Notes under the pieces: model-generated
The model's database searches: none
What the model was told of the DNA's origin: nothing
The model's input: only the letters and a program-made list of their open reading frames with translations
Made by a program: the position numbers and the translations under genes
DNA from: Deltaproteobacteria bacterium HGW-Deltaproteobacteria-12
Lineage (GTDB): Bacteria > Desulfobacterota > Syntrophia > Syntrophales > Smithellaceae
DNA length: 64,000 nucleotides
Assembly (NCBI GenBank): GCA_002840565.1
Contig: PHBK01000015.1
Coordinates: 12,108 to 76,107, forward strand
Direction: 5' to 3'
Shown here: piece after piece, positions 19,136 to 26,971 of the stretch
Layout of the letters: each line of letters opens with the position of its first letter
How positions within the stretch are numbered: the stretch's first letter is position 1

Positions 19136-19823
19136 TGTGCACCTCCTCGCCGGTGATGTCGCGGATGATTTTCTTCATTGCGCTCGTATCCTGGATCCGG
19201 ATTGCATCCAGCAATCCGGCTGTCAGAAGCTTTTCAAACCAGATAGCGCCAATACCTGCATTTTTCTCCATTTTCCCCCGCAATTGACCTAAAAGTTCAA
19301 GCAGTACTGCATATTCCTCACCATATCGCTCCTCGAGTTCCTCGCGCAGGCGACGGGCCAGCGCCGGGGAATTGCCACCCGTACTGACAGCAAAGGTCAG
19401 ATCACCTCTTTCCACAATAGATGGCAGAATGAAAGTGCATTTCTGCGGATCGTCAACAATATTGACCGGAATTCCCAGTCTTCCGGCATCGGAAGAAATC
19501 GCGGCATTGGTATTTTCGTCATCTGTCGCCCCGATAATTAAAACCGCACCTTCCAAATATTCAATATTGTACATTGCAGCGAAATATTCTATTGCGCCTT
19601 CAGTTTTCAGGCGAGCAAGCTCCGGTGTAAGCTTCGGACTTACAACAACAACTTTAGCTCTGCATTCGAGCAGCCTGGTGACCTTTCTTGCGGCCACTTC
19701 ACCGCCGCCGACCACCACGCATTTTTTGCCCAAAATGTCTAAAAACAAAGGATAATAGCGCAAATTTCTTTCTCCATCTTTATCCCCGAGTCGTCCGATT
19801 ACGTTAAAGATGAAGGCTATCAT
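19128..19823 (-). CDS. Precorrin-2 dehydrogenase / sirohydrochlorin ferrochelatase (SirC / CysG N-terminal-like)
   Basis: 231 aa. YYPLFLDILGKKCVVVGGGEVAARK Rossmann motif typical of siroheme synthase N-terminal domains. Confidence 0.8.
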   Translation of the reverse strand: MIAFIFNVIGRLGDKDGERNLRYYPLFLDILGKKCVVVGGGEVAARKVTRLLECRAKVVVVSPKLTPELARLKTEGAIEYFAAMYNIEYLEGAVLIIGATDDENTNAAISSDAGRLGIPVNIVDDPQKCTFILPSIVERGDLTFAVSTGGNSPALARRLREELEERYGEEYAVLLELLGQLRGKMEKNAGIGAIWFEKLLTAGLLDAIRIQDTSAMKKIIRDITGEEVHIA

Positions 19824-19885
19824 GACGGGGGGTAAATTTCAAGCAGCCGGATGGCCGGCGGCTTACTGACTGCTCGACCACTATT

Positions 19886-19917
19886 TGATTGACATGTCAA
19901 TCATTATTTCCTATAAT
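19886..19917 (+). promoter_or_regulatory. Consensus sigma70-type promoter overlapped by a perfect 18-bp palindrome
   Basis: TTGACA (19889-19894), a 17-nt spacer, then TATAAT (19912-19917). TGATTGACATGTCAATCA (19886-19903) is a perfect palindrome. The site lies between divergent sirC and the crotonase gene. Confidence 0.6.
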
Positions 19918-20099
19918 CCCGCTCCACACAGGAGAATGGGAGAGTTCGAATCGATATAAAGGTAATTATTGACTCTGACAATCAGCTGCACCATGTGTTA
20001 CGGCTTTTTTGTTCAACCGCCAATACAGATTATAGATATAAATCCAGGAATGAATTGGCCTTATGGTCATTAAAAAATTTTAATTAACGGAGGAAAAGC

Positions 20100-20888
20100 A
20101 TGAGTGAAATTACGGTAGAAAAGAAAAACCACATCACCACAATAACCATTAACCGTCCGGACGTAATGAATTGCTTAAGCCCGGTGACCAGTAAAGAGAT
20201 GTCCCTGGCAATCGATGACTTCGACCGTGATACGGACGCCTGGGTATGCATTCTCACCGGAGCCGGCGAGAAATCATTTTGCGCGGGTAACGATTTGAAA
20301 TATCAGGCCATCAACGGCGGTGAGGCAGTTGCTAAAGGATATGCCGGAGTCAAGGGCCTGTTTGGAGGCATTACCAATCGCTATGACTGCTTTAAGCCTT
20401 TTATTGCAGCTGTCAACGGTTTGGCCCTGGGCGGCGGTTTAGAACTTGCCCTGGCCTGCGACATCATTATTGCCTCTGAAAAAGCGACCTTCGGTCTTCC
20501 CGAACCGAGAGTAGGCCTCATGGCCGGCGCCGGCGGAGTTCATCGTCTTCCCCGCCATATTCCCTATCACCTGGCCATGGGAATGATCCTGACTTCCAAA
20601 CGAATTACGGCCGCGGAAGCTCTTCAATACGGCCTGGTAAACGAAGTCGTTGCCCCCGCGGACCTTATACCAACAGCCGAAAAATGGGCTGCTGAAATTC
20701 TAAAAGCATCACCGCTGGCCCTCCGCGCAAGCAAGGAAGCGGCGGTCTGCGGAATGCGCATGCCTGTTCTGGAAGATGCTATAGCGCATACGTTCCCCGG
20801 CGGGCACGCCATGACAAATTCCGAGGATTTCATAGAAGGTCCACGGGCATTTGCCGAAAAGCGCGCACCGCAGTGGAAGGGACGCTAA
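20100..20888 (+). CDS. Enoyl-CoA hydratase/isomerase (crotonase) family protein
   Basis: 262 aa. ITINRPDVMNCL, GAGEKSFCAGNDLK and AAVNGLALGGGLELALACDIIIA. GGAGG lies upstream. Confidence 0.9.
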   Translation: MSEITVEKKNHITTITINRPDVMNCLSPVTSKEMSLAIDDFDRDTDAWVCILTGAGEKSFCAGNDLKYQAINGGEAVAKGYAGVKGLFGGITNRYDCFKPFIAAVNGLALGGGLELALACDIIIASEKATFGLPEPRVGLMAGAGGVHRLPRHIPYHLAMGMILTSKRITAAEALQYGLVNEVVAPADLIPTAEKWAAEILKASPLALRASKEAAVCGMRMPVLEDAIAHTFPGGHAMTNSEDFIEGPRAFAEKRAPQWKGR

Positions 20889-21270
20889 AAGTATCCATAA
20901 CCAGCATCATTAGTAATAAAGGCAGACAACAGGTAAGATCCTGAAGGATTCTTCATTAATTTTTCAGGATCTGCCTGCTGGATAAATCAGATACAAAGGC
21001 TGGGAATACTTGAAGACCCGATGAAGTCTCAAAAGACCAGGGCCAGGCTGTTTCCGGGCAGGATGAAGTTTGTTGTGTTATTCAGGAGGCGCCTTATTCA
21101 AATGGCTTTAGCATACCCAAAAAACACATTGACTTACTGCCGGAAATTCCCTATATCTCAGACATCAAACAGCTATCATTGTCTAAAGAATACGCCGAAA
21201 AAGGGGGTTCGGAAACAATATACCCTTTCTTAAACATTCATGTTCCATTAAATTAAAATTAACAGGAGGG

Positions 21271-21819
21271 ATGAAGATGAAAAAAGTATTTTGGATCGTA
21301 TTGTTGGCAGTTTTATTTACGGCTTCTTTTGCCATGGCCGCCAGTCTGAAAGTTGGAGACAAGGCGGCGGACTTTAAACTCAAAGATGCCCTTGACGACA
21401 AGGAATACTCGTTGAACTCACCGGAGTTAGCAGGCAGAGTTCTTTACATTGTTTATGCAAGCACGAGTGCGGCTGATGACAATGATCATGTCTCCGATGC
21501 ACTGAAGGCCAACAAGGATCTGGAACGCTTATCGAATGAAAAGAAATATCGAGGAATAGGAATCGGCAACCAGAAGGACAGTGGAGTCCCCAATTTTGTC
21601 ATCAAGCAGGTAGCAAAGAGCAAGCAGAAGAAAACAGGCGCCATCGTCCTGCTCGATCCTGATTTTACGATCGGCAAAGCCTGGGGCGTACCGCCCAAGA
21701 TCGCCACATGTGTCCTCCTCGATAAGAATCGCGTCGTTCGCTACATCTATTCAGGCAAAACCCCTGCGGAAAATATCCCCAAGCTCATCGAGCTGATCAA
21801 AGAATACGCAGCAAAGTAA
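21271..21819 (+). CDS. Secreted YtfJ-like / thioredoxin-fold protein
   Basis: 182 aa. Signal peptide ending FAMAA. C-terminal VLLDKNRVVRYIYSGKTPAENIPKLIELI resembles YtfJ. No CxxC motif. Confidence 0.5.
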   Translation: MKMKKVFWIVLLAVLFTASFAMAASLKVGDKAADFKLKDALDDKEYSLNSPELAGRVLYIVYASTSAADDNDHVSDALKANKDLERLSNEKKYRGIGIGNQKDSGVPNFVIKQVAKSKQKKTGAIVLLDPDFTIGKAWGVPPKIATCVLLDKNRVVRYIYSGKTPAENIPKLIELIKEYAAK

Positions 21820-21843
21820 ATTCCATAAAAAATGGCCAGTTAA

Positions 21844-21886
21844 TTTTCCCCCCTCGATCCCCTAAACAGGTGATCGAGGGGGAAAA
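21844..21886 (+). terminator. Long GC-rich hairpin 3' of the YtfJ-like gene (putative terminator)
   Basis: TTTTCCCCC(C)TCGATC, a 12-nt loop, then GATCGAGGGGGAAAA. There is no separate T-tract after the stem. Confidence 0.4.
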
Positions 21887-22055
21887 TGAAAACAACCCGC
21901 TGCCGGCAAAGCTCGGGCGGGAAGTGTTATTAGGAGACAATTTGCTTTCCGGTTTCCGTGTAGTCTACTTTTCGGCTCCTTGAAATAATACTTAAAAAAA
22001 GATATATTCAGCGGCAACAGATTAAATTTGAACAATAAAGATTACAGGTTTATTC

Positions 22056-22997
22056 ATGGCGGAAAAAGAACCGGAAAAATGGCTGAAAATAGAAATTACA
22101 GCCAGGGCGGAATTAATGGACGCTCTGGGAAACTTTCTTACGGAAACAGGAGCTTCAGGAGTCTTTCAGGAAACATCAGGCCCCCAGTCCCAGGATGATT
22201 TTCCGGAATCCCCGACGGCGGAAACGATCAAGGCATATTTTCCCTGGGATGCGCGCAGTGAGAAAAGAATTGCCGCTGTCCAAAAATATCTGGAAAGCCT
22301 GGGTGAAATTTTTGCTGATTTCCCGGCGCCCGCTTTAAGAACAGAAGCGATCAGCGACCCGGATTGGGGAGAACAGTGGAAAAAATATTTCAAGCCGATC
22401 CGCGTCTGCAACAATATTATCGTTAAACCGACATGGGAAAGATATGCGCCGTCAAGCCGCGATATTGTCATAGAAATTGATCCCGGCATGGCCTTTGGCA
22501 CCGGCCAGCATGAATCCACCAGAATGTGCATTGAAGCACTCGAAGCTGTAATTATGAAAGATCGCTCAGTGCAAGACTGGAAAGTGCTGGATGTTGGATG
22601 CGGCACCGGAATCCTGGGAATTACTGCCGCCAGACTCGGCGCACAGGACGTTATCTGCATTGATATCGATAAAAAGGCTACGGAAATAGCCGGAGAAAAT
22701 GCCTCCATTAACCTGGTTTCCGACCGGCTGCATGTTTTCAGTAAAGATGCGACGTCAGTCAGTGAGCCGCGGAATTTAATCATCGCCAACTTAACAGCCA
22801 AACTGCTTCTCAAACTGCGTCATCATTTAACTAAATTGCTGCTGCCGGAAGGTTATTTGATCATTTCCGGCATTGTCGAACAGGATGCCAAAGAGATTGA
22901 AGATAATTTTTCCGTTGCACCGCTCATTCTCAGCAGAGTGATCAAAGAGAAGGAATGGGTCTGCTACGTCCTGAAGAAAAAATCATCCTCCGTCTAG
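22056..22997 (+). CDS. prmA: Ribosomal protein L11 methyltransferase
   Basis: 313 aa. SAM motif VLDVGCGTGILGI, and GMAFGTGQHESTRMC typical of PrmA. Confidence 0.9.
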   Translation: MAEKEPEKWLKIEITARAELMDALGNFLTETGASGVFQETSGPQSQDDFPESPTAETIKAYFPWDARSEKRIAAVQKYLESLGEIFADFPAPALRTEAISDPDWGEQWKKYFKPIRVCNNIIVKPTWERYAPSSRDIVIEIDPGMAFGTGQHESTRMCIEALEAVIMKDRSVQDWKVLDVGCGTGILGITAARLGAQDVICIDIDKKATEIAGENASINLVSDRLHVFSKDATSVSEPRNLIIANLTAKLLLKLRHHLTKLLLPEGYLIISGIVEQDAKEIEDNFSVAPLILSRVIKEKEWVCYVLKKKSSSV

Positions 22998-23068
22998 CCG
23001 CCGGAATATTTTTCTTTCTCTTACAAGTAACTGTATTATGTATATTTTCCGAAGAGGTAAGCCAACCC

Positions 23069-23845
23069 TTGACCATCCCCCGAATCTATAGCCCGGTTGC
23101 GCTGGAACAGGGAAAACTTTGCGAACTGGGAAAAGACAACAACAAATATTTAAATCAGGTTTTGCGACTGGAACAGGGTGCCCGCGTCAATGTTTTTGAT
23201 GGCTTTGGTCATGAGTTTGAGGCTGTTATTAAATATTTCACCCCGAATAAAGTCGTTCTGGAGTTGGGAGCAAGCATAGAGAACCTTGACCGCAAGATAA
23301 AAATTACTTTAGCCCAGGCCCTGCCCAAAGCGGGGAAAATGGATCTGATTGTCCGCGGTGCAGCGGAACTGGGTGCAGATTTGATCATTCCCTTTGCCGC
23401 GGTGCGTTCGGTCAGCCGCATTGCCGGTGAAAAAATTTCTGCAAAAGCCGCCCGCTGGCAGAAGATCGCCCTTGATGCCGCCCGCTGCTCCCGGAGTTCT
23501 CAAATAACGGAAGTATTGCCGGTGGCCGATTGGGAAACAATGCTGGCCTGCGCCGATAAACAGGCTCTCAAAATGATTTTCTGGGAAGAGGAGGATCAAA
23601 GAAGCATCAAAGACATCCTCTCCGATCAATCCCGGGCGCAGACTAAGAATATTTTTATCATTGTCGGGCCCGAAGGCGGATTATCCAAAGATGAAATTTC
23701 CCAGGCAAGAAAGGTCGGCTTTACTTCCGTGAGCCTCGGCAAACAGATTCTCAAGGTGGAAACAGCTGCGCTGGCAATTATCTCCATAATCCAGTATGAA
23801 AAGGGAATCTTCAGCAGCAAAGGAGGGGAGAATGGCTGTCTATAA
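23069..23845 (+). CDS. rsmE: 16S rRNA (uracil1498-N3)-methyltransferase
   Basis: Contains IIVGPEGGLSKDEI and VSLGKQILKVETA. The track ORF starts at 22955, inside prmA. TTG 23069 (MTIPRIY...) follows GAGG and gives an RsmE-like length. Confidence 0.8.
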   Translation: MTIPRIYSPVALEQGKLCELGKDNNKYLNQVLRLEQGARVNVFDGFGHEFEAVIKYFTPNKVVLELGASIENLDRKIKITLAQALPKAGKMDLIVRGAAELGADLIIPFAAVRSVSRIAGEKISAKAARWQKIALDAARCSRSSQITEVLPVADWETMLACADKQALKMIFWEEEDQRSIKDILSDQSRAQTKNIFIIVGPEGGLSKDEISQARKVGFTSVSLGKQILKVETAALAIISIIQYEKGIFSSKGGENGCL

Positions 23846-24461
23846 ATATGCCGGTTTCGGGCGACGTCTGGTTGCCTTCTCCATTGATAATATCATTATT
23901 AATATTGTTTTTTTATTTTTAATTATAATCATCTCCGCCGCATTCATTTTGGGATCATTGTCCGGTGACACTGACACCTTGATCACGCATTTAACCAATC
24001 CGGCACAATTTACTTTCATCGCTCTCTTAGTAACAACGTTCTATATAGTCTTATCGATTGCCTATTTCACTTATTTCCACGGCATTAAGGGCCGCACACC
24101 CGGGAAAATGCTGCTGGGCTTGCAGGTTTTATCGGCACAAGGCACTCCCATTGGTTTCGGCATAGCTTTTTTAAGAGCAGTAGGCTATCTTGTTTCCAGT
24201 CTTTTATTTACAATTCCCCTTGGTTTTATCTGGGCTGCCTTTGACCAACGAAAGCAGGGCTGGCATGACAAGATTGCCGGCACGGTCGTTATTATCCGGC
24301 ATGATGAAAGTGAAGCTGACGGCCTGACTATTCCGGAACCGCACCCCGTTTTCGCTTCCCCGCAAGCATTTGAAAAGCAAAGCCACATCAGCACTCAGGT
24401 AACGGTTCAGCCGGATGCGCCAGTGACAGGCGAAAAACAGGCAAAGGCTGATCAACCCTAA
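23832..24461 (+). CDS. RDD family membrane protein
   Basis: MAVYKYAGFGRRLVAFSIDNIII... and GWHDKIAGTVVI. GGAGGGGAG lies before ATG 23832. Confidence 0.8.
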   Translation: MAVYKYAGFGRRLVAFSIDNIIINIVFLFLIIIISAAFILGSLSGDTDTLITHLTNPAQFTFIALLVTTFYIVLSIAYFTYFHGIKGRTPGKMLLGLQVLSAQGTPIGFGIAFLRAVGYLVSSLLFTIPLGFIWAAFDQRKQGWHDKIAGTVVIIRHDESEADGLTIPEPHPVFASPQAFEKQSHISTQVTVQPDAPVTGEKQAKADQP

Positions 24462-24481
24462 GCTCCGTATCAAAAAATACC

Positions 24482-24508
24482 TTGACAAAAGATTTCATAT
24501 TTTATAGA
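24482..24508 (+). promoter_or_regulatory. Possible tRNA-Phe promoter
   Basis: TTGACA (24482-24487), a 15-nt spacer, then TATAGA (24503-24508), about 40 nt before the tRNA. The spacing is short. Confidence 0.3.
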
Positions 24509-24546
24509 CGAATGCCTCATTTGCGCAGGTAATGTATTAATTTGGC

Positions 24547-24622
24547 GGGCCGGTAGCTCAGTCGGTAGAGCATCGGACTGAAAATCCGAGTGTCGACAGT
24601 TCAATTCTGTCCTGGCCCACCA
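24547..24622 (+). tRNA. tRNA-Phe (anticodon GAA) with encoded CCA
   Basis: Folded by hand to 76 nt. Acceptor stem GGGCCGG/CTGGCCC, D arm GCTC-AGTCGGTA-GAGC, anticodon arm TCGGA-CTGAAAA-TCCGA, T arm GACAG-TTCAATT-CTGTC, discriminator A, then CCA. Confidence 0.95.
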
Positions 24623-24628
24623 TTAAAA

Positions 24629-25723
24629 TCAAGGGGTTACGAGTCGTAAAAACGGTTTGTAACCTCTCTTTTTTTGGTCGTGTGCTAAATTTGTGCTAAT
24701 TATTTTCTCGACCTTACCCATGACCTCTATACTGGATCGCAGACTGTCCGTGTCATAGTGTCCGTACCTTGTTACCATGGACAATGTTTTCCACCTTCCC
24801 AATTTCTGGACTGCGTAAATATCCACTCCACCCCTAACAAGTCTTGTGGCAAAAGTATGTCTTAAGTCATGAAAGCGAAAGTTTTTAATCCCGGCGCTTT
24901 TTTTAGCACTTTCAAATGCTCTAAAAAGATTACGATTACTGATTCTTGTATTACTCTGTGAGGGAAAAACATACTCCGCATCTTTCTGCTGGTCATTCCA
25001 TTTTTCCTTTAGAACCTTCATTGTTGCATCATTCAAGGGAAGTGTATCTGTCTGGTCATTTTTCTGCTCACTGATGGTTATTTCTCTTCTGGAAAAATCA
25101 ATCTGTGTCCACTGTAAACCTAAAATCTCGCTTTCCCTAAAACCAGTGTTGATGGCAAATGTAATAATCGGACGTAACCAATCGGGAGAGACTTGCATTA
25201 GTCTTTCTTCTTCATCATCCGTCAACCATCGTTCAATCTGGTTTCTTACCTTTTCTTTTGCAACTTTTCGGACAGGGTTATCTTTGATGATTTCCCATTC
25301 TTTGGTTGCAAGGTTAAAGGCGTGAGACATAACCGTCAGTTCATAATTAATTGTCCTGGGTGATGCGCCTTCATTTCTCCGTTTAATTTTATACTCTGAA
25401 ATCATCTTTGGCGTTATATCCGGTAGATAAAATTTCCCAAAGCTTTTTTGAAGGTGTTCATTCAGGCTCTTGTCCCTAATATATGATGTAGGAGCTTTAT
25501 TGACTGCGGAATATTCAGTCATGTACTTCTTCATTAAATCTTCGAATGTACAATCTTCACCGGGCAAACGTTCAAACCATGTACCTTCCGCTACTTCTCC
25601 TTTCAATTTGTCAAAGATCCGCTGTGCCAGTTTCCGGTCATCGGTTTCCGTTGACTTCCGAATCTGTTTTCCCTGATAGGAAAATCGCATCCACCAGACA
25701 GGACCCCTTTTATAAATTCCCAT
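24629..25723 (-). CDS. Tyrosine-type site-specific integrase
   Basis: C-terminal HDLRHTFATRLV...LGRW......RYGHY catalytic signature. GGAGG lies before ATG 25723 (MGIYKRGPVWWMRF); the track start is 25804. Confidence 0.9.
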   Translation of the reverse strand: MGIYKRGPVWWMRFSYQGKQIRKSTETDDRKLAQRIFDKLKGEVAEGTWFERLPGEDCTFEDLMKKYMTEYSAVNKAPTSYIRDKSLNEHLQKSFGKFYLPDITPKMISEYKIKRRNEGASPRTINYELTVMSHAFNLATKEWEIIKDNPVRKVAKEKVRNQIERWLTDDEEERLMQVSPDWLRPIITFAINTGFRESEILGLQWTQIDFSRREITISEQKNDQTDTLPLNDATMKVLKEKWNDQQKDAEYVFPSQSNTRISNRNLFRAFESAKKSAGIKNFRFHDLRHTFATRLVRGGVDIYAVQKLGRWKTLSMVTRYGHYDTDSLRSSIEVMGKVEKIISTNLAHDQKKRGYKPFLRLVTP

Positions 25724-26072
25724 TGTTGACCTCCTCTCTCTTGGAGCCCTTGAGGTCTGGTTTCCCGTGATCAAGATTATAATCTTCCTGTTTGGTCTGG
25801 TCAATGGTTTTCCTAATTAGCCTGTCAATATGGCTGTTCGCTGATTCTGACCTCTCTCTTTTCTTCCTTGGCTGTTTTTTAACATCCTCCTTTGCCTTTT
25901 TGTTTTCCATCCATGCTTCTATTTCTTCTTTTTTGAAGCGTATCAGTTTGCCAACTCGATAATGAGGGATGTCGTAAATCATCGCATAGAGTGTCTTCAC
26001 TTTTACCTTGAGATAATGGGACAAATCTAAAATGTCCCAATAGCTGCTATCGAATATCTGATTCACTGACAT
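25710..26072 (-). CDS. Excisionase-family (MerR/AlpA-like HTH) DNA-binding protein
   Basis: DILDLSHYLKVKVKTLYAMIYDIPHYRVGKLIRFKKEEIEAWM matches the excisionase HTH pattern, followed by a basic tail. It overlaps the integrase start. The start could be 26099 or 26072. Confidence 0.65.
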   Translation of the reverse strand: MSVNQIFDSSYWDILDLSHYLKVKVKTLYAMIYDIPHYRVGKLIRFKKEEIEAWMENKKAKEDVKKQPRKKRERSESANSHIDRLIRKTIDQTKQEDYNLDHGKPDLKGSKREEVNNGNL

Positions 26073-26109
26073 AACCTTACCGTCTTTTTCGCCATCCAAA
26101 TTAATTATT

Positions 26110-26754
26110 TTAATTTTTTAAACAAACTGTCAACCTGTGCAGTAATAAAAAGTAGACTGGTATGATAAATGGAATTGACCAAAGAAAAAACCAGGCGAAC
26201 ATATAAATTGCTTCAACGAAACCATTTATTGGTTTGGCAAAAGCAGAAATGAAGGGAAGAAAAAAAGCGACTGCTGACAATATTACAAACATATTACAAA
26301 AATGTGCTCCGGGACTTTCAATAAAGTTTTTCCAGATAACTTCGCTTTGGCGTGATAAATTCGTCTGAACAAAATTTAATTTATTTTTCAGGCCGGAAAT
26401 ATCTTCACTTACTTTTTTAAGATCGTTGCCATCATTTCTTCTTGCTTGATTAACTGAATCCATCGTTGTCTTCAGTACGGAAAAAGTTGATTCGATGAGC
26501 GTAATCTTATCGAGTAATTTCCCATCTATTTTTTGAGATCCATTTTTTAAATATTGTTCTTGAATCAGCAGATTCAAATTTTCAATTTGACGGGAAATAA
26601 CATCGACCTTAGGCGGAATTTTATATTGGTCATCGAATAAATATTGAGTCAAAATATTCTTGCCAATCTCTGATGCCGTGGTCTTTTCTCTGGCAGCAAT
26701 TGCATTAATTTTCGTGCTCAATTGCTCCCCTAACTTGATATGAACTATTTCCAT
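26110..26754 (-). CDS. Hypothetical protein: RHH-like N-terminus, coiled coil, two C-terminal TM helices
   Basis: 214 aa. MEIVHIKLGEQLSTKINAIAAREKTTASEIGKNILTQYL looks CopG/RHH-like. The C-terminal part FCNMFVILSAVAFFLPFISAF...FAWFFLWSIPFIIPVYFLLL is hydrophobic. Confidence 0.5.
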   Translation of the reverse strand: MEIVHIKLGEQLSTKINAIAAREKTTASEIGKNILTQYLFDDQYKIPPKVDVISRQIENLNLLIQEQYLKNGSQKIDGKLLDKITLIESTFSVLKTTMDSVNQARRNDGNDLKKVSEDISGLKNKLNFVQTNLSRQSEVIWKNFIESPGAHFCNMFVILSAVAFFLPFISAFAKPINGFVEAIYMFAWFFLWSIPFIIPVYFLLLHRLTVCLKN

Positions 26755-26971
26755 ATATTCGCTTCTTTTAGTTTAAATATTTAAACGTAATAAATACATA
26801 TTGTTATGCATCATTTTGTTGTGATTCTTTAAAACATATGCGCCAAATAAATACATAATAATATCATCTCTTTATGAATTGCCGGTTCTTAATTTGTTTA
26901 CATTTGGCAAGCGACGTTTGCGTAACGTGTCCTATAAACACGAGTCCTCCCATAAATTGAATCCACATCCC

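Noticed and set aside
21021-21233. Track ORF 21021-21233 (+) upstream of the YtfJ-like gene
   Set aside because: It has no RBS and a basic, low-complexity translation. The region more likely holds the promoter and leader of the YtfJ-like gene.
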